From contig CAVPSK010000017.1 of assembly GCA_963708355.1 (NCBI GenBank), forward strand, positions 30,030 through 94,029: a stretch of 64,000 nucleotides of DNA. The letters run 5' to 3'. The notes beneath the pieces were generated by a model. That model saw only the letters and a list, made by a program, of their open reading frames with translations. It did not search any database and had not been told where the DNA came from. A program made the translations under genes and the position numbers. This document shows, piece after piece, positions 46,756-55,932 of this stretch. Numbering within the stretch: position 1 is the first letter of the stretch; every line of letters starts with the position of its first letter. Source of the stretch: an uncultured Thermoleophilia bacterium (lineage in GTDB: Bacteria > Actinomycetota > Thermoleophilia > Gaiellales > Gaiellaceae).

Positions 46756-48354
46756 ATGAGCGACCACTACGACGTCATGATCATCGGCACCGGCGCCGGC
46801 GGCGGCACCCTGGCACACCGGCTCGCGCCGTCGGGCAAGCGCATCCTGCTGCTCGAACGCGGTGGCTACCTGCCGCGCGAGCCGGAGAACTGGGACGCGA
46901 AGGAGGTCTTCGGCAAGGAGCGCTACGTCACGACGGAGCGGTGGTACGACAAGCACGGCGTTGCGTTCCGGCCACACGCGCAGTACTTCGTCGGCGGCAA
47001 CACCAAGGTGTACGGCGCGATCCTTTTTCGCCTTCGCGAGCGCGACTTCGGCGAGGTGCACCACTACGGCGGCGTGTCCCCGGCCTGGCCGATCTCCTAC
47101 GCCGACCTCGAGCCCTACTACGCCGAGGCTGAGCGCCTCTACCTCGTCCACGGGGCGGCGGGCGAAGACCCCACCGAGCCCCATCGCTCCGGGCCTTTCC
47201 CGTACCCTGCCGTGTCGCACGAGCCGCGCATCCAGCAGCTTCACGACGACCTCGCGCAGGCCGGCCTCCACCCCTTCCACCTCCCGGTCGGTGTCGACCT
47301 CAACGAGTCCGACCCCGAGAAGGGCCGCTGCGTTCGCTGCGCGAAGTTCGACGGCTTCCCGTGCCTCACGGACGGCAAGGCGGACGCACACGTGCGCTGC
47401 GTTCGGCCCGCACTCGCGCACGACAACGTCACCCTGCGAATGCACTCACGCGTGGTGCGGCTCGAGACCGATGCAAGCGGCGGCTCGGTCAACGGGGTGG
47501 TGGTCGAGCGCGGCGGCCTCGAGGAGACGTTCTCCGCCGACGTCGTGGTCGTCTCGTGCGGTGCCGCGAACTCCGCTGCACTCCTGCTCCGCTCGGCGAA
47601 CGACAAGCACCCGAACGGGCTCGCCAACTCGTCCGACGTCGTCGGCCGCCACTACATGGCGCACCTCAACTCGGCGGTGATCGCGATCTCGCAGACCGAG
47701 AACCCGACGAAGTTCCAGAAGACGCTCGGGATCAACGACTACTACTGGGGCGCCGACGACTCCGAGCTCCCACTCGGCCACATCCAGATGCTCGGCAAGT
47801 CGGATCGAGGCATCCTGCGGGCCGGTGCGCCCTGGTTCGCACCCGGGCTCGCGCTCGACTACATGGCGCGCCATTCGCTCGACTTCTGGCTGACGACCGA
47901 GGATCTGCCGCACCGGGAGAACCGCGTCACGGTCGACCGCCAGGGTGCGATCCACCTCTCGAAGACCTACTACAACACCGAGCCACACAGGCGCCTGCTC
48001 GTCAAGCTGAAGGCGCTGCTCGGCCCGATGGGGTGCCATCAGACGGCGATCCCGCGCTGGTCGGTGCTGAGCCAGCAGATCCCGGTCGCGGGAATCGCCC
48101 ACAACTGCGGCACCGTGCGCTTCGGGTCCGACCGGGCTACCTCCGCGCTCGACGTGCACTGCAAGGCGCACGATCTCGACAACCTCTACGTCGTCGACAC
48201 GAGCTTCTTCCCCTCGTCGAGCGCCGTGAACCCGGCGCTCACGGCGATGGCGAACGCGCTCCGGGTCGGCGATCACCTGCTCGAGCGTCTCGACGCGAGC
48301 GTCGAGGCAGAGCTCGTTCAGCACACCACCGAGCCGATGGAGGTCATGTCATGA
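46756..48354 (+). CDS. GMC-family FAD-dependent oxidoreductase
   Basis: YDVMIIGTGAGGGTLAHRLA is the FAD-binding GxGxxG motif. The C-terminus has HNCGTVRFG...LYVVDTSFFPSSSAVNPALT. Confidence 0.85.
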   Translation: MSDHYDVMIIGTGAGGGTLAHRLAPSGKRILLLERGGYLPREPENWDAKEVFGKERYVTTERWYDKHGVAFRPHAQYFVGGNTKVYGAILFRLRERDFGEVHHYGGVSPAWPISYADLEPYYAEAERLYLVHGAAGEDPTEPHRSGPFPYPAVSHEPRIQQLHDDLAQAGLHPFHLPVGVDLNESDPEKGRCVRCAKFDGFPCLTDGKADAHVRCVRPALAHDNVTLRMHSRVVRLETDASGGSVNGVVVERGGLEETFSADVVVVSCGAANSAALLLRSANDKHPNGLANSSDVVGRHYMAHLNSAVIAISQTENPTKFQKTLGINDYYWGADDSELPLGHIQMLGKSDRGILRAGAPWFAPGLALDYMARHSLDFWLTTEDLPHRENRVTVDRQGAIHLSKTYYNTEPHRRLLVKLKALLGPMGCHQTAIPRWSVLSQQIPVAGIAHNCGTVRFGSDRATSALDVHCKAHDLDNLYVVDTSFFPSSSAVNPALTAMANALRVGDHLLERLDASVEAELVQHTTEPMEVMS

Positions 48355-48809
48355 AGAACATCGCGAACACGCTCGCGACGAGCGTCGGCAAGGGGCTCGT
48401 CGCCGGCTTCGCCGGAACCGCGGCGATGACCGTCTCGAGCTCGGTCGAGGCGCGGCTCCGGCACCGGGCGGCCAGCTCGGCTCCGGCGCGCGCGACGGCG
48501 AAGGTGCTCGGGATCAGGGAGTTCGAGGATCCGGTTGCAGAGGCGCGGTTCAACGACCTCTCGCACTGGGGCTACGGCACGAGCTGGGGCATCGTTCGCG
48601 GCCTGCTCGCCGCGCTCGGGCTCTCGCCGGGAGCCGCAACCGCGGCGCACGGCGCAGCGGTCTGGGGCAGCGCCCAGGCGATCCTGCCGGCTCTCGAGGT
48701 CGCGCCTCCGTTCGTCTTCTGGGGCAAGAAGGAGGTCGCGATCGACCTCTGGCACCACGCGGTCTACGCGACTGCGACCGGACTCGCCTACCGGCTCGTC
48801 GACCGATGA
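48351..48809 (+). CDS. small membrane protein
   Basis: 152 aa. ATGA overlap with the GMC stop. Several hydrophobic helices (GLVAGFAGTAAMTV, WGIVRGLLAALGL, AVYATATGLAY). Confidence 0.55.
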   Translation: MKNIANTLATSVGKGLVAGFAGTAAMTVSSSVEARLRHRAASSAPARATAKVLGIREFEDPVAEARFNDLSHWGYGTSWGIVRGLLAALGLSPGAATAAHGAAVWGSAQAILPALEVAPPFVFWGKKEVAIDLWHHAVYATATGLAYRLVDR

Positions 48810-49669
48810 GCGCGACAGTGACAGAGCCGTTCAGGGTCCGCTCGCTCGAGGTCGTCGCGGAGACGGACGCACACGAAGGCCCGGTCTATGCCGCGGACGA
48901 GCACGCGCTCTACTTCACGAGCGTCCGTCGCGGAACGCACGTCGCGATCAAGCGACTCGAGCTCGCGACCGGCCGCGTCGGCGTCGTCCGCGGAGACACG
49001 AACGTCGCGAACGGCATGGTGCTCGATCGCGAAGGCCGTCTCGTCGTCTGCGAGCAGGGCACGCTCGACACGCCTGCGCGCCTTACCCGCCTCGATCGCA
49101 AGACAGGCGAAGTCGAGACCATCGTCGACCACTGCGGCGGACTGCCGCTCAACTCGCCGAACGACGTCGTCGTCGCCCGCGACAGCGCGATCTGGTTCAC
49201 CGATCCCGGCTACGGCCACCTGCAGGGGTTCCGTCCAGCCCCTCAACGCCACGACGCCGTCTACCGCCACGAGCCGTCGACAGGCCGGACGACGGTGGTC
49301 GCCGAGCGCTTCGACAAGCCCAACGGCCTCGCGTTCTCGCCGAGCGAGCGGTTGCTCTACGTCTCGGACAACGGCGCGCCGCACCACCTGCTCGCCTTTA
49401 CGGTCGCGGGGACGCGACTCGGCCCGTCGCACCGCATCGCGGTGGGGACGCCGGGGCATCCCGACGGCCTCAAGGTGGACGAGGCCGGCCGCATCTACGT
49501 CTCAGCGATCACCGGGATCCAGGTGTTCGATCCGGCCGGCCGGCAGGTCGGCGCGATCCACCTGCCGGGAACCGTCAACTTCACGTTCGGCGGCCCCGAC
49601 GGCGACGTCCTCTTCATCACCACCGACACGGCCGTGTGGGCGGCCGAGCTGAGCACGAAGGGAGCTTGA
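48806..49669 (+). CDS. SMP-30/gluconolactonase/LRE-family protein
   Basis: HEGPVY..., NGMVLDREGRLVVCE, PNDVVVARDSAIWFTDP, PNGLAFSPSERLLYVSD, HPDGLKVDEAGRIYV. Confidence 0.85.
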   Translation: MSATVTEPFRVRSLEVVAETDAHEGPVYAADEHALYFTSVRRGTHVAIKRLELATGRVGVVRGDTNVANGMVLDREGRLVVCEQGTLDTPARLTRLDRKTGEVETIVDHCGGLPLNSPNDVVVARDSAIWFTDPGYGHLQGFRPAPQRHDAVYRHEPSTGRTTVVAERFDKPNGLAFSPSERLLYVSDNGAPHHLLAFTVAGTRLGPSHRIAVGTPGHPDGLKVDEAGRIYVSAITGIQVFDPAGRQVGAIHLPGTVNFTFGGPDGDVLFITTDTAVWAAELSTKGA

Positions 49670-49671
49670 CC

Positions 49672-50874
49672 ATGTCAATCGTCAGAAAACGTCGCATGAT
49701 CGATGACGCCGGCGCCGAGAGCGTCATCCAGGCCGCCGCCGAACGCGCTCGTCAGAACGGATCGCGTGTCGTCATCGCGGTCGTCGACCCATCGGGCGAG
49801 CTCGTCGCGCTTCGCCGCACCGAGGACGCGCAGGTCGCGAGCTCACGTGTGGCCGTCGACAAGGCCCGCACTGCGGCGATCTTCGTCCGCCCGAGCCGCA
49901 TACTCGAGGAGCAGGTCAGCGGGGGGCGCCTCGGTGCGCTCGCACTGCACGGCGCGGCTGCGCTGATCGGAGGCATTCCGCTCACCGTCGACGGCGAGGT
50001 CGTCGGCGCGATCGGGACGAGCGGCGAGACGCCCGACGAGGACGAGGCGATCTCGATCGCCGGCGCGTCCGCCGCGTTCTCGACGACGGCGACGACGGTG
50101 CTCACCTATGACGGCGCAAAGCTGGCGGCCGAGGCGGTGGGATCCGCCGCGGCCCGGCGCGGCGTCGCGCCCGTCGTCTCCGCGGTGGACGCCGGCGGGG
50201 AGCTGATGTACCTCGTCAGGCCCGACGCGGCACAGGTCGCCAGCGTCAACGTCACGACCGACAAGGCGCGTACCGCGGCCATCTACCGGCGCCCGAGCAA
50301 GGACTTCGAGGACCAGGCGGCGCAAGGGCGGCCGTCGGCCCTCCACCTCGCCCGCGCCGTGCCGCTCCAGGGCGGCGAGCCGATCGTCGTCGGCGGCGAG
50401 GTCGTGGGGGCGATCGGCGTGAGCGGCGCTTCCTCGGCCGAGGAGGACCGCGAGCTCGCGCTGATCGGAGTCGAGGCGGTCGCGGCCGCCGACGAGAACG
50501 GCCGTCCTAACGGGGCCGCGTTCTTCTCGAGCTCCGACCTGCAGGCCAAGTTCGCCGAGGGCGGAATCCTGCTCGACGCGGGCGCCTTCAAGCTCGATGC
50601 CGGCCGGCGCGTCCGGCCAGGCGAGGTCGAGTACCACGAGCACGCGGTCGACGTGATGCACGTCGTGCAAGGACGCGCGACCGTCGTCACCGGGGGCGAG
50701 CTGATCGAGCCCCGCGAGGTCTCGCCCGGAGAGCTCCGGGCGGAGCGAAGCGAGGGCGGAACGCAGCACGAGCTCGCCGAGGGCGACGTGCTCGCAATCC
50801 CGAACGGCGTGCCCCACCAGTTCGTCGACGTCAGCGACCCCTTCCTCTACATCGTCGTCAAGGTCGAGGCCTGA
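49672..50874 (+). CDS. fusion of two GlcG/HbpS-like (DUF336) domains and a C-terminal cupin
   Basis: Two copies of ...VVIAVVDPSGELVALRRTEDAQVASSRVAVDKARTAAIF...GGIPL.VDGEVVGAIG.SG.... A C-terminal beta-barrel segment follows (HEHAVDVMHVVQGRATVVTGG...GDVLAIPNGVPHQF). Confidence 0.7.
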   Translation: MSIVRKRRMIDDAGAESVIQAAAERARQNGSRVVIAVVDPSGELVALRRTEDAQVASSRVAVDKARTAAIFVRPSRILEEQVSGGRLGALALHGAAALIGGIPLTVDGEVVGAIGTSGETPDEDEAISIAGASAAFSTTATTVLTYDGAKLAAEAVGSAAARRGVAPVVSAVDAGGELMYLVRPDAAQVASVNVTTDKARTAAIYRRPSKDFEDQAAQGRPSALHLARAVPLQGGEPIVVGGEVVGAIGVSGASSAEEDRELALIGVEAVAAADENGRPNGAAFFSSSDLQAKFAEGGILLDAGAFKLDAGRRVRPGEVEYHEHAVDVMHVVQGRATVVTGGELIEPREVSPGELRAERSEGGTQHELAEGDVLAIPNGVPHQFVDVSDPFLYIVVKVEA

Positions 50875-50876
50875 CG

Positions 50877-52442
50877 ATGGCCGCCGTCGAGCAGCTGACA
50901 AAGGCGTCCCGCCTCCCGGGGCCGCACGAGCTCCTACCCGGCAAGCCCGACGCGGTCGTCGATCTCCAGACGCCGGCCGGCGCGGCGCTCGTCGAGGGTG
51001 AATGGCGCTACGCGGATGCGCGCGTCGAGGAGATCGAGTTCGTCGCGCTTGGCTCGCCGGAGGACCCGCTCGGCCCGGGCACGGCCCCGAACCGCACCTA
51101 CGACGTCGTCCCTCACGCCGAGACGATCGACTTCGACGACTCGGGCTGGCGCGTGCTCGCGCCGGAGGAGACGATGCTCCGCCTCGGGAACGGCCGGGTC
51201 AGCTTCAACTGGTACCGGATCGCGGTGACGATTCCGGAACGAATCGGGGCGCTCGATCCCACGGGTGCCACGATCGTCTTCGAGACGGTGATCGACGACT
51301 ACGCCGAGGTCTGGGTGGACGGCGAGCTGCCGATCGTGCTGGGGCAGGCGGGCGGCAACGTCGTCGGCGGCTTCAACGCGCCCAACCGCATCGTGCTGAC
51401 ACGCGACGCGCGGCCCGGAGACACATTTCGGATCGCCGTCTTCGGCATCAACGGCCCGATCTCGGCCTCTCCGCACAACTACATCTGGATGCGCACGGCC
51501 ACGCTCGACGTCTACGCCGCGGATCGCGTGGCCGTGGCCGAGGAGACGTCCTTCGAGCTCCTCGGCGACGGCGGTGGGCTGGTGCCAGCGGACGCGCGGC
51601 TCGAGCGCGTCGCCGGCGGCTTCGAGTTCACCGAGGGGCCGGTCTGGACGCGGGACGGTGCGCTGCTCTTCAGCTCCCCGAACACGAATGCGATCTACCG
51701 CTGGAATCCGGTTGGCCGCGTCGACGTCTTCCGGCCCAAGAGCGGCTACACCGGTGCCGACATCGGCCGCTACCACCAGCCGGGCTCGAACGGGCTCACG
51801 CTCAGCCCCGACGGCCTGCTCACGATCTGCCAGCACGGCAACCGGCGCGTGATCCGCGTCAACCCGCACGGGGACACGACGGTGCTCGCCGACTCGTACG
51901 GCGGCAAGCGGCTGAACAGCCCGAACGACCTCGTCTACCGCGCGGACGGCACCCTCTTCTTCACCGACCCGCCGTTCGGGCTACCCGACCCGTCGGAATC
52001 GGAGCTCGGGTTCAGCGGCGTCTACTCCGCGAAGGACGGTGTCGTCGAGCTCGTGACCGACGAGCTCGAAGGGCCGAACGGGCTCGCCTTCTCGCCCGAC
52101 GAGCGATATCTCTACGTCGGAAACTGGGACTTCGACCGGACCGTGGTCATGCGTTACGACCTCGCGGCCGGGACGAGCGACGTCTTCTTCGACATGACCG
52201 GCGCGCCCGGCGACGACGCGATCGACGGCATGAAGGTCGACCGCGAGGGCAACCTCTACGTCTGCGGGCCGGGCGGCATCTGGCTGCTCACGCCGGCCGG
52301 CGAGCATCTCGGGACGCTGCGCCCGCCGGAGAGCCCGCACAACCTCGCGTGGGGCGACGAAGACGGCCGCACCCTCTACATCACCGCGCTCACGAGCATC
52401 TACCGCATCCGGCTCTCGGTCCCCGGGATCAGGCCGGAGTAA
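50877..52442 (+). CDS. SMP-30/gluconolactonase-family protein with about 230-aa N-terminal beta-sandwich domain
   Basis: The C-terminal half carries EGPVWTRDGALLFSS, SNGLTLSPDG, PNDLVYRADGTLFFTDP, PNGLAFSPDERYLYV, IDGMKVDREGNLYV. The N-terminal half resembles a galactose-binding-like domain (weak call). Confidence 0.75.
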   Translation: MAAVEQLTKASRLPGPHELLPGKPDAVVDLQTPAGAALVEGEWRYADARVEEIEFVALGSPEDPLGPGTAPNRTYDVVPHAETIDFDDSGWRVLAPEETMLRLGNGRVSFNWYRIAVTIPERIGALDPTGATIVFETVIDDYAEVWVDGELPIVLGQAGGNVVGGFNAPNRIVLTRDARPGDTFRIAVFGINGPISASPHNYIWMRTATLDVYAADRVAVAEETSFELLGDGGGLVPADARLERVAGGFEFTEGPVWTRDGALLFSSPNTNAIYRWNPVGRVDVFRPKSGYTGADIGRYHQPGSNGLTLSPDGLLTICQHGNRRVIRVNPHGDTTVLADSYGGKRLNSPNDLVYRADGTLFFTDPPFGLPDPSESELGFSGVYSAKDGVVELVTDELEGPNGLAFSPDERYLYVGNWDFDRTVVMRYDLAAGTSDVFFDMTGAPGDDAIDGMKVDREGNLYVCGPGGIWLLTPAGEHLGTLRPPESPHNLAWGDEDGRTLYITALTSIYRIRLSVPGIRPE

Positions 52443-52455
52443 GGAGGAACCGAAC

Positions 52456-53016
52456 ATGTCCAAGGGATTGACCCCGGGAGCGACGTTGCCGGACTTCGAG
52501 TTGCCCGACGAGACCGGCACGCTGCACACGCTCTCCGAGCTCCAGGGCGACAACGCGATGATCCTGATGCTCGGCCGCGGGGAGCACTGTCCGCGCGAGC
52601 GTCAGCACCAGCGCGAGATGCTCCGCTTCCAGGAGTGGTCGCCGGTCGCCTTCACGGAGCTCGTGACCGTGCTTCCGAACTCGCTGCACGATACGAGCAA
52701 GATGAAGATCGCGACCGGCGCGTGGTGGACCTACCTCGCCGACGAGCAGCTCGAGGTTCGGGACGCACTCGAGATCGACGAGTACACCGACGTGCACCAC
52801 GACCACGCAGTCGTGCCGCACACGCTCGTCCTTGCACCCGGCCTCGTGATCGACAAGGTCTACGTCGGCTACTGGTTCTGGGGACGACCGTCCTCGTACC
52901 AGCTCTGGTCCGACCTGGGTGACCTCTTCCGCCGCATCAAGCCCGACTTCGACCCGACCACGGCCGACGCTCGGGCCGCCTGGAAGGCGGCACAGCGCGA
53001 GCCCGTTCCCGCGTAA
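52456..53016 (+). CDS. thioredoxin-fold redoxin/peroxiredoxin-like protein
   Basis: LPDFELPDETGTLHTLSELQGDNAMILMLGRGEHCPRERQH has an AhpC/TSA-like N-terminus and a single Cys. Confidence 0.6.
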   Translation: MSKGLTPGATLPDFELPDETGTLHTLSELQGDNAMILMLGRGEHCPRERQHQREMLRFQEWSPVAFTELVTVLPNSLHDTSKMKIATGAWWTYLADEQLEVRDALEIDEYTDVHHDHAVVPHTLVLAPGLVIDKVYVGYWFWGRPSSYQLWSDLGDLFRRIKPDFDPTTADARAAWKAAQREPVPA

Positions 53017-53071
53017 CGCGAGGACGCAACTCGGACACTGAACCCTGCACTCGCGACGAAACGGAGAACCG

Positions 53072-54949
53072 ATGACCGAGACGACGATCGCCCACGAGAC
53101 CTCCGCGACGGCGGCCAACGCCAAGCCGATCGCCTCCTACGGCCTGCTCTCCGACTGCAACTCGGCCGCGCTCGCCGGCAACGACGGCTCGATCGACTGG
53201 CTATGCCTGCCCCGCTTCGACAGTCCCGCCGTGTTCAGCCGCATCCTCGACCCCGACGCGGGCCACTGGTCGATCACGCCTGTCGGCGACTACAGCGTCG
53301 AGCGGCGCTACTTGCCGCACTCGCTCGTGCTCGAGACCACCTTCACCACCGAGACGGGCTCGGTCGTCCTCCGCGACGCGCTCGCGTTCGCTCCGGGGCA
53401 GCGCGGCCACGCGCTCGGCTTCGATGCGCCGCACGAGCTCCTGCGAGAGGTGGCGGGCATCGCCGGGTCGGTCGAGCTCACGCTGGAGCTGGCTCCCCGC
53501 CCCGAGTACGGGCTCGTCCGGCCCCTCTTCCGTCAGACCGAGGACGGTGGCCGCACCTTCGGTGGACCGAACCAGGTGATCGTTCGTGCAGGTGTTCCGA
53601 CCGAGGTCGAGGGATCGACGATGCGCGCCGGGTTCACCGTCTCCGAGGGCGAGAGCGTCGGCTTTGCCCTGCGGCGGGCGCCGCTCGTCGCCGATCCTCC
53701 GCAGCCGACGGCGCCCGAAGACGTTGCGCAGCGCATCGACGACACGGCCTCCGCGTGGAGCTCATGGGAGCTCGAGCACGACATCTACGAGGGGCCCCAC
53801 AAGGAGCTCGTGCAGTTCAGCTCGCGCGTGCTCAAGGGGCTCACGTACCGTCCGACCGGCGCGATCGTCGCCGCTCCCACCACGTCGCTACCCGAAGCTG
53901 TGGGCGGCGAGCGGAACTGGGACTACCGGTACGCATGGATCCGCGACGCCAGCCTTACCCTGCAGGCGCTCTATGTCGGCACGTGCTCGGACGAGGCGGA
54001 GGATTTCGTCTCCTTCATGACGAGCTCGGCCGGCGGCGGAGCGGGCGACATGCACTCGCTGCAGATCATGTACGGGATCGGCGGGGAGCACGATCTCACC
54101 GAGCGCGAGCTCGTTCACCTGCGCGGCTGGCGCGACTCGGCGCCCGTGCGGGTCGGCAACGGCGCGTGGGGCCAGACGCAGCTTGACGTCTATGGCGAGC
54201 TGCTCGACGCGCTCCACCTCTACCACGAGCGGCTCGGCGACCTCCATCCCGAGATCCAGCGCTTCATCGCCGATCTCGCCGACACCGCAGCGGTGAGATG
54301 GCACGAGCCCGATGCCGGGATGTGGGAGATGCGCGGCGAACCGCGCCATCACCTCTCGTCGAAGGTTCTCTGCTGGACGGCGCTCGACCGTGCGGTGAAG
54401 CTCGCTGAGCGGCTCGGGATGCACGCCAACGTCGACGCCTGGATCGCCGCGCGCGACGAGATCCGCGAGGCGATCCTGACGCGCGGCTGGAGCGAGGCGA
54501 AGCAGGCCTATGCGCAGTCGTTCGACTCCGACGAGCTCGACGCGGCGCAACTCCTGATGCCGCTCGTCGGCTTCCTGCCCGCAACCGACCCGCGCATGCG
54601 CTCGACGATCGACGCGATCGCCGACGAGCTGACCCAGGATGGGTTCGTGCTGCGCTACCTGAACGACGAGGGCCTTAACGCCGACGGCCTCACCGGCGAG
54701 GAGGGGACGTTCGTCATCTGTTCGTTCTGGCTTGTCTCCTGCCTGGCACAAGCGGGCGAGCTCGAGCACGCGGAGGCGCTCTTCGATCAGCTTGCGGGCT
54801 ACGCCAACGACCTCGGCCTGCTCGCCGAGGAGATCGACGTCGCAAGCAGAGAGCTGCTCGGGAACTTCCCCCAGGCGTTCAGCCACATCGGCCTCGTCAC
54901 CGCCGCCTGGGAGATCGACCAGGCCCGCGCACGAGCCGCCACGAGCTGA
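53072..54949 (+). CDS. glycoside hydrolase family 15 (glucoamylase/trehalase-like)
   Basis: IASYGLLSDCNSAALAGNDGSIDWLCLPRFDSPAVF. (alpha/alpha)6 core: ERNWDYRYAWIRDASLT, DAGMWEMRGE, FPQAFSHIGL. Confidence 0.85.
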   Translation: MTETTIAHETSATAANAKPIASYGLLSDCNSAALAGNDGSIDWLCLPRFDSPAVFSRILDPDAGHWSITPVGDYSVERRYLPHSLVLETTFTTETGSVVLRDALAFAPGQRGHALGFDAPHELLREVAGIAGSVELTLELAPRPEYGLVRPLFRQTEDGGRTFGGPNQVIVRAGVPTEVEGSTMRAGFTVSEGESVGFALRRAPLVADPPQPTAPEDVAQRIDDTASAWSSWELEHDIYEGPHKELVQFSSRVLKGLTYRPTGAIVAAPTTSLPEAVGGERNWDYRYAWIRDASLTLQALYVGTCSDEAEDFVSFMTSSAGGGAGDMHSLQIMYGIGGEHDLTERELVHLRGWRDSAPVRVGNGAWGQTQLDVYGELLDALHLYHERLGDLHPEIQRFIADLADTAAVRWHEPDAGMWEMRGEPRHHLSSKVLCWTALDRAVKLAERLGMHANVDAWIAARDEIREAILTRGWSEAKQAYAQSFDSDELDAAQLLMPLVGFLPATDPRMRSTIDAIADELTQDGFVLRYLNDEGLNADGLTGEEGTFVICSFWLVSCLAQAGELEHAEALFDQLAGYANDLGLLAEEIDVASRELLGNFPQAFSHIGLVTAAWEIDQARARAATS

Positions 54950-54968
54950 ACCGAACGCGCGGCGCCCG

Positions 54969-55172
54969 TCAGAGCAGGATCTGGACCGCGGTTCCGGACG
55001 GGCAGCCGCGCGCGACGAGCGCCGTCGCGCGGTGCAGGTCGATCTCGACGCGCGCCGCGAGAACGGCTGCGTCGTTCACATCGAAGCCGGCGCCGACGAG
55101 CTGCGAGAAGCGCCAGCCGAGGATGGCCGCAGCCTCGTCAACATCGAGCGTCGCGAGCTGAGAAGCGGTCAT
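54969..55172 (-). CDS. small hypothetical protein
   Basis: 67 aa with high GC3. LGWRFSQLVGAGFDVNDAAVLAARVEIDLHRATALVARGC. The family is not named. Confidence 0.5.
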   Translation of the reverse strand: MTASQLATLDVDEAAAILGWRFSQLVGAGFDVNDAAVLAARVEIDLHRATALVARGCPSGTAVQILL

Positions 55173-55198
55173 GTAGATCAGTTGCTCGACGGTCCCCC

Positions 55199-55218
55199 AG
55201 CGTTACACGTGTAACGCT
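55199..55218. promoter_or_regulatory. perfect 20-bp palindrome, candidate operator
   Basis: AGCGTTACACGTGTAACGCT lies in the divergent intergenic region between 55172 (-) and 55244 (+). Confidence 0.45.
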
Positions 55219-55243
55219 CGAGACTCTCGCGACACTGCTCGAC

Positions 55244-55678
55244 ATGCTGATTCGCACCAAACTCGCATCGCTCGCGATTCTCTTGCTGGTTGTCGGCCAA
55301 GCTGCAGCCGCTGGTGGCGCCGTTTCGACGGTGACCGCGGGACGATCGACCTACGGCGTGGTGCTCTTCGATAATCACGGCAAGGCGCTCTACGCCTTCA
55401 CGCGCGACCCACGCGGCCAAAGCACTTGTTCGCGCGCCTGCGCAGCGGCCTGGCCACCGTACGTCGTCGACGATGGCCCGCGGGCCGGTGACGGGGCCCG
55501 GCAGGCGCTCCTCGGAACAACGAGGCGCCCAGACGGTAGGCGGCAGGTGACGTATGCCGGGAGACCGCTCTATTACTACGTCGGCGACCGTAAGCCTGGC
55601 CAAATTCTGTGCCAGAACGTCTTCGAGTTCGGCGGCCGTTGGCTCGTGATTCGGCCCGATGGACGTCTGGTGCGTTGA
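55244..55678 (+). CDS. secreted repeat protein, paralogue of 35293-35733
   Basis: Signal peptide, GKALYAFTRD...C...C...WPP and GRPLYYYVGD repeats. Confidence 0.65.
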   Translation: MLIRTKLASLAILLLVVGQAAAAGGAVSTVTAGRSTYGVVLFDNHGKALYAFTRDPRGQSTCSRACAAAWPPYVVDDGPRAGDGARQALLGTTRRPDGRRQVTYAGRPLYYYVGDRKPGQILCQNVFEFGGRWLVIRPDGRLVR

Positions 55679-55763
55679 GTCTGGATGGCGGACCGTCCTC
55701 TATCCGTTATCCGTTCCAGTCATTCTCGGGACACCCCGGAATACCTGATCGCCCACGCGTGAG

Positions 55764-55932
55764 CTAGAGGCTTGATGTGAAACGACGTGCCGGCGGGGAT
55801 GCGCCAGACCAAGCGGATTGGACGGGGCGGGCGTAGCGCGTAGCGGTGGCTACGGGCAAGACCGACCCGGCCGAGCCGCGCCGTGTCTGGTGCACCAGCC
55901 GTGGGTGCGTGAGTTTCACATCAAGCCTCTAG
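55764..55932. mobile_element. 169-bp MITE-like element, copy 2
   Basis: Same TIRs and same orientation as copy 1, with 3 substitutions. Its right-hand CTAG is the insertion point of the IS481-family element. Confidence 0.8.
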
